A stretch of DNA of 64,000 nt, taken from contig OZ076409.1 of NCBI GenBank assembly GCA_964187785.1, positions 94,304,001-94,368,000 on the forward strand. Direction: 5' to 3'. The notes beneath the pieces were generated by a model, which searched no databases, had not been told where the DNA came from, and saw only the letters and a list, made by a program, of their open reading frames with translations. Below are positions 1 through 10,100 of the stretch, one piece after another (position 1 is the stretch's first letter; each line of letters opens with the position of its first letter). This DNA comes from Amphiscolops sp. MND2022. Lineage: Eukaryota. The position numbers and the translations under genes were made by a program.

Positions 1-3000
1 CTTGGAGTCGTAGTAGTAGACGAGATAATGGGTCTATCAAATCGCAAAACTGACTTTCGGTACCCCGTTTCCAGTTTGCCCAGTAAAGATGTCTTCCTCG
101 CAACATTTCCTTTTGAAAAATTCCAAATTGAGAACTTCTTGTCTGACAAGAGGTCTGATCCTCTTCCCAATAAACGAAAGGCCCGGTTGACAGTCTTGGC
201 ATTCCTATATAAACTAGATACGTGGGGCACAGTACTGTAAGATAATTGAAGGCTCCTCACGCAGGATTGGAAAGTTTCACTGTCGGATTCTAACCCCGGC
301 ACAGGGACGTTAAACTCCAAAGGCATATCCGTTTGAGGGGATAAACACAGGCACGCAAACTTGTATGCTTGAAGCAATTCGGGGCGACACTGGAGCTCGT
401 AATGTGCGGATATAAACTGAATCCAACAATCGTACTCTGGAGCAGGTTCAGATCGCAGTTTGGTGACAAATGAACGGTATTGACTAATGATCTTTACTTT
501 ATCACCAGAAGTAATTAGCCCAAAAGACACAAAATGGCTAGACAGCTTCTCAATTGCAACCACATAATTGGCTTCAGGTCCATCAAAGATGACCGCAGAG
601 TCGAAAGCCGATAATCCTCTAACAAGCTTGGACTTTACGTTTTCATGCTCTAATAACTGCTTACACAGAGTCTTGTTGAAACAGATCGACTGATCCACAA
701 ACTTGCAAGGGCGAGACAATTTGCTTGCTGAAACCGACTTGTAAAAATCTTCATTGAGGACATATTCATCTGTATTTTTGAAAGGTTAATCGCTCCGGCT
801 CAAATTTAGCTGCAAGAAGTTATCCCAGTCCGAGATGTTCCCAATAGCTTCGTCTGGTAAAATAGCCTGCAGTTGGCTATAAGTGAAGACAGCAAACTGA
901 CTGAATGCCCGGAATCCTCCCTCGACAGCCTTTTGAATCTCAGAAAAGGCGGAGTTGTCTGAAATATCACGAACCGACTAAAATGATGACATAGTTACGA
1001 AAGAGTGATTCACCATCAAGAAAAGATTGCTCAAAGTCGCTTCATCGTTAAAACCACACGTGCAAAAACATTTAACTAAAAGAATAGTGCATGGAAAGAA
1101 TTTATTACAAAATATACTGAGTGATTGTTAACAAAAGAGATTGTCTATGCGGCATTGCACGCTTCGAGTAGTGGTGTCTATACGTTACTATGCAGTTCGA
1201 CGAGTGTCGACTATACGTCACTATGCGGAAACCGTGTTGTGGAGTATACGGCACTATGCTGACCAAGGCATGGAGATTATGCGGTACCATGCGGAACCAG
1301 CAGTGTTGTTTTGTCAGGGCTAGTTGAAGTTTGTATGACAAGGTACACGTTGTCATGCAGGCCGGGTAGTTACGTGTATACGTTTACATGGGGGAATGGG
1401 AGGTATAAAGAGTTGAACGAAAGGAACTATTCAATAATGATCTGATCAATAAAATACCAGACTAACGCCGAAAATAATTAAAGAAGGACAACTAACAGTG
1501 GTCTAGTACACATCCGATGACAAAGAGGCGAGCAAGATAGGCGCTGTCAAGACGAAAACACTCATCTAGTGTACTTGGCTATAACGAAAACATTGGATTG
1601 GAAGTTGGCGCGTCAAAGAGTGAAACAATAATTGAAACGGCAATTCATATAGAATACTTACTTCACGCATGTGAAAGTGATAGGCCGGTAGTCTCGCAAC
1701 TTGGTTAAGGTGTTCTTGCACATTGTCCCAGTTATTGGAGAGGCTCTCTATGATTGAAGATGCATCGTGTAGGGAGTATTCTAATCGGACCACTCCCTAG
1801 AGAAAATAAGAAAAGATTGTGAAACGAGGTTTGAGTATTTCTTTTTGCAACTCGGGCGAAAATGCAAGTAACCTTATGCAGTAGGAGCAGTTTCTTCAAC
1901 CAGTCTTTGTCTAAAGCTGTTCTTAGCTTCATGAGCAAGAAATCTAGAATGGTTCGATACTCGTGCCGTTCTATAATCTGTGACGTCGGCAATCCCAAAC
2001 TCTTTTCGAATTCCTCTGGTCCGTATGTTCGGACAATTGAGGGCTAATGGTCTCCTGTATGCAACTCGACAAACAATGGCTCATCTTCTCATCAAAGTAA
2101 ATAAGGGAAACACATGTTGGAGGGGTCTCAAAGAGGCTGATGAAAGACGATATCAGACCCAGAGTTTTCCTTGGTAAAAGCATCCCGCGAGGGGCACTGC
2201 CCAAACACACATGATTGAGGACATATCCTCACCAAAATATTTCTTGTTAATGTGAAAAGGTCTACAAATAATAATACAATACTAACGAAAAGTTGTTGCG
2301 GACTCCAGTTCTGTGAGCAGAAAGACGTCTCGGAAGTTAGCTGGGAAAGTTCATAAATCCCGGTCAAGCTTTTGATATGCCCTCCGTGACGAAGACCATA
2401 TTCAAGTATACTGATCTGTGACAGGATCTTGTCAGTAGGACTGATGTCAGAACTGAAATTGGGCACAAAATCCTGTCCTACAAGTGGCCGGCATGCATCT
2501 CGTTGAGGGACAATTGGATATGTGTCAGTAGCCTTTTTCCTTGCTTCATTTAATGAAATCCCCAATATCTCAACACCATCTTTATCGTAAAGAGCCATCC
2601 CAGGGATCTCCATTCGTATCCTATGCTCTTTTATCAGATGAGATTCGGACCTGTAGTGAGATAGTAATTTTAGACTGCCCCTACTCATTAGAGAGAGCTC
2701 CACCTTGCACACCCGACACCACCATTTATGGGGATTCTTATTCCTGTCAATTGGTCCAGTAGCCGAGAATTTCATGATCGGGTGCTTTTTGAGCATCGCT
2801 GTTGTTAAAGAGTACTTGGGTCGCCTACGTTTTCCCACGGGACGTTCATGTGGAGGTGCTTGTGAGGCAGTGTTACACGAAGTAGGAACACCGACTTCCT
2901 CCTGACTAGATGTTAATAACATCGTGGGCGGTTCTGACTCGTCAACGACAATGAGAGTAAAAGGTTGGTCGGCCTCGATCTCGTCATTAACTACAAATTC

Positions 3001-3973
3001 TGGTGGGATCCGTCCAAGAAAGTCATTCAATATGAGTAGTTCTCTCCGTGTAATGTTGACACTACCAGGTGCAATGGAGGGAATTCCGAGATTTTCTGTC
3101 CTGGCTTGGTCATTTGGTTGAATTTCCATATTCGCACTCTCTCGTAGTACATCTTGCCCTGTCGTCTCGGCACTAAATTAATCGAGTCCATCGTGGAGTG
3201 ATTGAGAAATTATCTGACTGTATCGAGAAGAAACTGATTGGATTGTTCCAGGTACAACGTATCCCTCATGCATTTCTTGATTAATGCCGGTGGATGTTTC
3301 TTCCATTGTTCTAAGTGGAGTCATATTGGGTTCAGGATTAATTTTGCTTGCCTCCAATTCCTTTCCACTTCCAAAGCTTTGAGAATTCACAGGCTCAGCA
3401 ACCGAAGAATGCAAAGTAACAGTACATGCGTCAATAGTGGCGCTTTCATCAATTTGTAACGCTGGAGTTCCAGGTGTTCCTTGGGCGTCAGTGGTAGCGG
3501 TCTTACTAGGAGATTAAGTTTGCAAGGGGGTATAAGTTTTTGCAGGAGAATGATCCGATGACAATTCACTGGTCTCAGGCTCAACTGAAACAAACGTTCT
3601 ATTGATCAAATAGAATCAACAAAATTAGCGAGCAGTTATTCGTTACAAAATTGACTGAAACCGGACGCGGGGACAGGAAATGCATAAAGACCGGATGCTC
3701 TTAGAAGTTGGAAACGGAAACGTTTCAAAAAGTTCTTGAATTTGGTTTGAAAATATGAAGACTTTTTCGTTTACAAACCTGGCCAGCTTGGAGTAAAACC
3801 CGAAAGTTCACTTTCAAAATAAATCAAACAAAATTCAAATTTAAAGGTTGTGCTCACCTTAATCAGACCAGAAATGTGAATTGTAATCCCTTCTTCCCCA
3901 CGAGAGAATGATGAAGATTCCCGCTCAGCGTTCTCTTCTTCTTACTCTGTCCAGTTTCTTGAGAAGCGTCCAT
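1..3973 (-). pseudogene. Decayed multi-exon gene: low-complexity N-terminus, KRRRPK NLS-like motif, BED-like CxxC..H..H zinc finger, C-terminus reminiscent of hAT-like transposases; runs off window start
   Basis: Candidate ATG at 3973. Donor-like sites AAG|GTGAGC (3857), TTC|GTTAGT (2286), AAG|GTTACT (1871); acceptor-like sites near 3584, 2198, 1797, 978. ORF 2128-3129 has WWCRVCKVEL..HYRSESH. My translation of 978->1 is open for ~325 codons with one stop (SVRDISDNSAF...KSKLVRGLSAFD...WIQFISAHYELQCRPELLQAYKFACLCL). Confidence 0.5.
1146..1294 (+). repeat. Phased array, 5 units, exact 33-bp period, core TATRCGN(Y/C)ACTATGC with variable spacers
   Basis: Cores start at 1146, 1179, 1212, 1245, 1278. 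Confidence 0.85.
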
Positions 3974-4440
3974 TTTTAACAAATCAGACGGTTAATGGGA
4001 ATTGATAGACAGCAATCTTTCAGAAGAAATCGGATTCAAAAGGGAAACAAAGGAACTGAAACTGGAAGTGAAATTAACAGAATATAAACTGGGAGATTGT
4101 TTCGTGGCTACAAATACTGAACGAATAAACTAACTTAACAAGGTTATAAATTACTCAAAACGAAAGTGAAGAGTTTAATCTAGACTGATCTGGTGGCAAC
4201 AGAAATAATTTCGACTGATAAAATGATGCAAAAGCGTGGCGTCAATGTAACAAAAGAAGGCAAAAGAGCAAATGAAATGATTGAGCGCAAATATGCGTAG
4301 AGAATGCTGCAATTTGATTGGCTGCCCAAACGTCAATTACGTCTGCCAGCGTGATTGATTGACTCATTATGACATCTGAAAGCAGTGTGTATTCATTCTC
4401 ATCGTCTCTATGCTGGTTGGAATGATTTAGTAAGCGAGAG

Positions 4441-4589
4441 TATGTGGCAGTATGCGGATCGACTAGCGACGCGTATACGGCAGTATGCGAAATTGCAGTG
4501 ACGAGTATGCGGCAGTATGCGGAAGTGCCAGCTAAAGACTATGCGGCAGCATACGGATTGAGTAGTGACGTATATTCGCCATCCTGCGG
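4441..4589 (+). repeat. Phased array, 5 units, ~33-bp period, core TATGCGGCAGTATGCGG, between the divergent genes
   Basis: Cores start at 4441, 4474, 4506, 4540, 4573. Confidence 0.85.
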
Positions 4590-5423
4590 TTTTCGCTGTA
4601 TGCGTTCACAGAGGTGAACCAATACTAATATTCAGTGGATGAATCATTATTACGTAACAAACTGAAGAAACTACGTGTTAATTGTCACAAATGGACATCT
4701 GATGTTATTAATATGCATAGATTGTATGCATTTGTTGCTCTTACGGACAAGATTTAACGTGTCATTGAGATATCAATATGATACCTCAGTTAGAAACTCT
4801 TTTTATGTAATTCTATCCTAAATTTCATTTGTTTCATTGATTCATCTGGAAAAGCAGAATCATACGCACTTTTCAAGTGCGGGACTAAAACAAAACAAAA
4901 TGTTTCTTGCAGTTAAAGTCCTTTTAGAACAGGATTTAACTGATGTGAACCCTCTTTCAATGATTTACAATTTCTTTGCTTCCAGTCATGCAATTTCGGA
5001 TAAATATATTTTAGTTTCAGTAACTTGGCAAATCTTGTAAATCACATTTTCATTTCTTTTACTTTGATGTTAGGTTAAATTTGTTTATGTATCATTTAAA
5101 ACTCCGATGAAACAGTGTGAAGGACGCTGAAGTGAGGAAATAAGGTGATGGAGAAAAGTGGAACACCTAAAAAAGAATTTGTTTACGAGATATCATCCAT
5201 GTGTCTCATGATCAGAAACCTGAAAGAAACCCTTATGAGGGGATTTGGGAGATCAGACCATGACAAGCAATATTTTCGCGGGTTTTCCTTGCCTTGGAAG
5301 GAAGAAAGCGAAATAACCAACACCATTTGGTCTTTACAAACTCACAAACTAGTCGCCTGAAAGCACAAATTTTCAAACTTGCAAAATAATATTCCAAATT
5401 GAAATTTCTCAAGAACTCACAAA

Positions 5424-6486
5424 ATGAATAACTTGCAATTCACCATGAAAGAAGATACCCTGTACTCGCCTCTGTCACCCGACGTTATCGATATCTCAAG
5501 TAATTCGGATAACGAATTCGTTGTCGAGCCCGGAAACGTACCTCAATTGATGGACAGATTCAGGGTAAATACGACAGAAGAAAATTCCATGACTGTATTT
5601 ATGGGGTCTACCGCAGCATTATTGTTCCTCTCTGGAGGAAACGAAGTGCCCACTCAAGATACAATAGACGTCCGAGTAACGAGAATTGAAAGGGAACTAA
5701 TGGAATTAGTTGAAGAGGATCTGCCATCCACTCTGTCTTCGCTCCCTTCATTTATTGACAGCGAATTGGAGTTGGAAAACGAACCCTCAAATGATCCGAA
5801 CCCTGATACTGATATCGGGCTGAATAGTTACGGTCGTCCAACTGCAGCAATCCTTCCTACCCCAAGAAACGCTGAACACCAATCTGATACCGCGAGTCAA
5901 CTAGTCCCAACTTACCCGCCGAACTATCATCCCAACTCTTCAGATTTCTACCCTTGGGATGGAAATGTAAACAATGGGCGAAACGTCACACAAAATGCAA
6001 GCCAAGATGAGGGGCAAGCGAGTGTGTTAATTCTACCCAATTACAAGGAGATCCAGAGAGCACCGGTGTCAAACGCAACCCCCTTAGTGGTCCAACTGGC
6101 TCCACGAGAAGCTCCAGATATTCTACCTAGAGTACCAATCCCAATACACCCAATGGCACAAGTTGGATTTCCTTTTACTGTAGCACACAGTACAAACGTA
6201 CTATTCATGCCGATCAATGGATGAGACAACTGTAGGCTGTTCCCAACAGTCATGCCCAATGAGGCGGGCATCTGCGAATATTGCAGCAAAACCTATGATC
6301 AGATTGCTTTAGAAACCCTTGGAGACTACCTTGCAGCTACAGCCTGCCTACGACGGTGAGGCTGTCAGGGACCGCGGGGTCCGCTCCAGAGCTTTTATAG
6401 ATGGATTTGAAGCTGCCCTATTCATCTCTAAAAGAGCGGGACTGTTCCAGCCATACAGCTGTACTGGACCCGTAGTGCAACAGTGA
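5424..6486 (+). pseudogene. Orphan ORF (acidic/Pro-rich, C-terminal CEYC motif) broken by a TGA and a frameshift
   Basis: 266-aa ORF 5424-6224; frame continues after TGA (DNCRLFPTVMPNEAGICEYCSKTYDQIALETLG) and after a frameshift (DGEAVRDRGVRSRAFIDGFEAAL) to TGA 6484-6486. Confidence 0.45.
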
Positions 6487-6804
6487 AAGATCAATGTAAG
6501 CAGCGACAATCTCAACATCCAGAAGTCGTGGCAAATAGACCAAGAAGGTCTAGCTAGTTCTTGAAGAACTTGTGCAAACATTTTTCAAAACTTTACTTGT
6601 TAGTTTACTGTAGTCATGTAAATATTTTTAATGATGCCTTTTGTAAATGAAGTTGTTTGTGAACGATAAGAAAGTCATACTAAGTCAAAACTTAGACATT
6701 TGTACCCAAAAAATCTTAATGAATGACTTATTGGCTTCTATTTAATATCATTTTTGAGATATGACATCATCAAATGATCACATGTGCTGATGACTAAACG
6801 TCAT

Positions 6805-6933
6805 TATGCGGTTTGAGATATGTTGATTACTCGCAAGTATGCGTTTTTCATAAATGAATTATGCGGCATCCTACGGATTGAAGCATAAAGTATACTCGTC
6901 ATTATGCACTTTTTATTATGCGGCATTGTGCGG
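6805..6933 (+). repeat. Third cluster of the TATGCGG motif (~56-bp spacing)
   Basis: TATGCGG at 6805, 6860, 6917. Confidence 0.65.
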
Positions 6934-7164
6934 TTCGAAAAGTAACGTATACTCATTACTATACATTTTCGCTCTAAATGTTCGTTCATTGTATCATTCT
7001 AATGTATTGAGAATTCCAACCACTAATACAACTCCATACGTCATTTTGTGCTGTTTCCAGGCCTTCTAGGGTCCTGCTTATTCTTCTGAAAGTCATGTAA
7101 CCGAGATATAAAGAACATGATGTCATAATGATGAACTTCTATTTTTACGTTTTCTGATGATGAT

Positions 7165-7946
7165 TGCGATAAAAAGGGATGTCATGCTTTTACTTTTCTG
7201 GAGATTCTAGTGCTGGAAATCATTCATTCTTCGATTTCACCTTTTTGTAAAACAGTTGTTTTAAACCCTCCACTCATTCTTTGTGAAACAATTCTTTCGA
7301 TTATATTGATTCCTCTTTGGATTTGAAATACCAAAAGACAATTAAAATTCTTCCCTTGCAACCAAAATACATTTTCACTTGAGCAGAATGGGAAACAAGA
7401 GAAATAGGAGGTCTAGAAGACTAGAAACTGCTTCCCCCTGTAGAGAAGAGAATGTAGAAACCCCAAACCCAGGTAATATGACTTTAACTAATTCTAATTT
7501 AGTTGATCAAGAGAATTTAGGTTCCAACATCTTGGAAAATCAACTGACTGAACCCAGTCGAATCAGTAATGAGATCCAAGTTTGGACACAAGAAATGGAG
7601 AAAAGAAACAATGACAGAATAGGAAAAATGAGAGAAGAAATCGATAGCAAATTCGAAGCAATCCTAAGAGAAATCAAAACCAGCAAAAATGCATCTACAA
7701 TCACAAACCCAAGGTGAGAATCAACTGAAACACAAAACACTCAACCGTCGGGATCCAGAGTTAGGTCTATAGGAGTTCACGCATCAGTAAATGATAACTC
7801 AGACTCTGAAAATGAAGATAGTCACCCTATCAGAGCATCAAATATGCACGAACTAAGGAAACCAGCAAAACCATTTTGTCAAAATAGATTCGAATTAGAT
7901 GAAACAATAGTTTCAAATGAAGACTCTGAGGAGGAGGATTATCACA
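7165..7946 (+). mobile_element. LTR-like segment containing the 5' part of a gag-like ORF (7388-7946, one in-frame stop)
   Basis: Ends TGCGATAA ... TTATCACA are imperfect inverted termini. ORFs 7379-7717 and 7844- are in one frame, and the acidic protein-like sequence stops at the ACA end. No partner LTR in the window; 5' boundary uncertain. Confidence 0.4.
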
Positions 7947-8605
7947 AGTGGAGACAACAAAAGAAAGGAAAAGACTTATTTGAAGAACTATTTAATGATT
8001 TAGTCAAATATAATCTTTTGTTGAGTTTGTTTTCTTTAAAAAGTGTGAGGGGAAAGGAAAAAGAGCCGAATGTTTTTTTGTTTTACTGTGGAAAGTCTCA
8101 CAATTTGAATGTTCCTCTATTCAAAGCCGAATTTCAACAGGAAACAATTAGAATTTTCTACGACCCATCAGATCAGTTAAATGAAAAATGCGGCAAAATC
8201 AATAAATAAATAGTTATTTCAATGTTATTCCACAGCACCCACGGTTAGATTTTCGCTTTTGATTTGTTTTTGTTGAGTACCGTAGTCTCACATGCAGTGA
8301 AAAACAAAACTCTAATAAACTGTTGGGAACTACAGAACTACACTGTTGCCTGAAAATTCTCTTTTCAATCTATGACAAACATTTTTCCACAAGAACGGGG
8401 GTGCTTGGAATGTGAAAGAATGAAACGATTGGCAACAATTGCAAAAAAAAACGAAAATACCAATGTAAATATATTTCAATGGCTTATCAATGATTCATCA
8501 AAATTATTCCAATAAATTTAAAAATACCTATACTTTTTTAAATACTCATAAAGCCAAACCAAGACGCCCGCTAAGCACCGGGATAATTTCCGCTAAAAAT
8601 GTAAC

Positions 8606-8677
8606 GCATCAGCATGGGTTCGAACCCACGACTTCGTGTCTTCAAGGCAGACGCACTACCATCTGCGCCACGGTGAC
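8606..8677 (-). mobile_element. tRNA-derived (Pol III) SINE-like head
   Basis: Minus strand has A box TGGCGCAGATGG and B box GGTTCGAACCC, without a canonical acceptor stem. Adjacent GACGCCCGCTAAGCACCGGGATA recurs near 50266. Confidence 0.6.
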
Positions 8678-8680
8678 TAG

Positions 8681-8952
8681 TGTTCTGAATGGAATTTTAT
8701 TTGAAATCGATGAATCATTCCTTCAAATAATTGACTTCAATTTATAGTTCAAAATTGTAAAGCATACATGTATCTTGGATGAATATTCCCCTCCGCATTT
8801 TGTAAATACTTTCACATGTGTTTTTTGTTTTCGCGCATCCTGTGTGTTTTAATTGCTAGACACAAATCTTCCGGAAATGAAAATTTTTCCTTTTTTTATC
8901 ATTTTTTGGCTGATGGAGCTGCCTGGTCCGCCATTAGAAAAGTAGGGCTATC
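8681..8952 (+). repeat. 5' LTR of BEL element (part shared with 3' LTR; true end may be further right)
   Basis: Aligns to 15181-15463 with about a dozen substitutions and small indels. Confidence 0.85.
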
Positions 8953-9340
8953 AGTGAGACACATTTTGGTCCGCCATAGACCCCGGACATACGAACTTTG
9001 AACTTTCGAAAAAAATACTTTTTTTGGAGCTTTGTCCAAAAAGTTGTCCTTACAAAAATAACACTAGGTTGTCAAGTAACTAATTACCAAGTAACTAATT
9101 TGCAAACCCTTCAACCTGCTAGTCTCAGCTTCGTCCAGGATTGATTGTCATTCTCCGGTTAGCTTTTTCCATTTTACAACTTAAAGGCATTCCGTTTTTT
9201 CGACGGTGAAAAAACTGTGGATCCCCCTGATAGTTTGTCCTTTATTATTACTTCCTAAAATATCGGATACAGATAGTCACATTTTTACGAAGTTTCTAAT
9301 CGACCTTCAGCTTACCCCTAGCAAACCGAAAACTTCACTC

Positions 9341-9956
9341 ATGATAAATGTTATCGGTGGAAGTTCACTAAAACGAGCTTTATAAAACTTGGATTTTGAT
9401 AACTGAAAAACCCTTGGGAACTTTATCACAGCCATTCCTTCTTTGAGCTTGAAACCCTATGTTTAAAGTGATACGCTCAAATTGTCTTTACTACTGGATC
9501 ATGGTATTCCTAAAAATACGAATCAATTAGTTATTTGGCATGACATTCTGAACAACTCCTTGACTCCCCATAAATCAAATAACAATACAGCTCTTACCCC
9601 TAAAGAAATAGCAACTGAATTGTTAAAATATAAATCACGAATAACAGCCTTAGTCTATTGTGAACGTATCGGTGCATCCCATGCATTTGATGACCTTCGT
9701 GATCAAGATTTCATTGTTATTCGAGTCACAGAAAATCTTCTTTGTCGTAGAAAACAGAATAATATTCCTCTTTTGAATGAATATTCCCGACTTCATCCAG
9801 TAGCGGATATTGAATTAAAGTCTTTGTTCATTGTTTTGGAGCACCCAAAACAATCTTAAAGCTTTATCTCAGAATACAAGAAGTCCCAGCAAGAAACCTT
9901 CCCAAAGGAAAAGAAAATTGAAGAAGCTTTTTGAGCAGAGTTTAAATTCAACTTAA
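9341..9956 (+). pseudogene. Accessory ORF upstream of gag, SGNH/GDSL-hydrolase-like fold, with stops and a frameshift
   Basis: MINVIGGSSLKRAL at 9341, in frame with ORF 9482-9859 (LVIWHDILNN ... ALVYC ... YSRLHP); basic tail SKKPSQRKRKLKK after a frameshift. Confidence 0.5.
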
Positions 9957-10100
9957 CGTTAGAAGTTTTTTATTTCATCCTGTGAGTTGAGTTTGGTGTG
10001 ATCACTGGACGATTAGCTCATCGGTGACCTATCCAATTTGACTTTCAGGATTATTTACTTTGTTTATTGTTCGTGATAGTGTTGTATTGTAATCTGAAAA

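Noticed and set aside
1141..1323. Protein with 11-aa SIRHYA repeats
   Set aside because: By-product of the 33-bp DNA period; the sister array has 32- and 34-bp steps that break frame.
1146..4589. CRISPR arrays
   Set aside because: Repeats and spacers are only ~16-17 bp and degenerate, there are no cas genes, and the context is eukaryotic.
8606..8677. Functional tRNA gene
   Set aside because: A and B boxes are present, but acceptor and anticodon stems do not pair properly.
8964..8985. PBS of the BEL element (TGGTCCGCCAT)
   Set aside because: The same string occurs ~40 bp upstream inside the LTR and I cannot match it to a tRNA; left unassigned.
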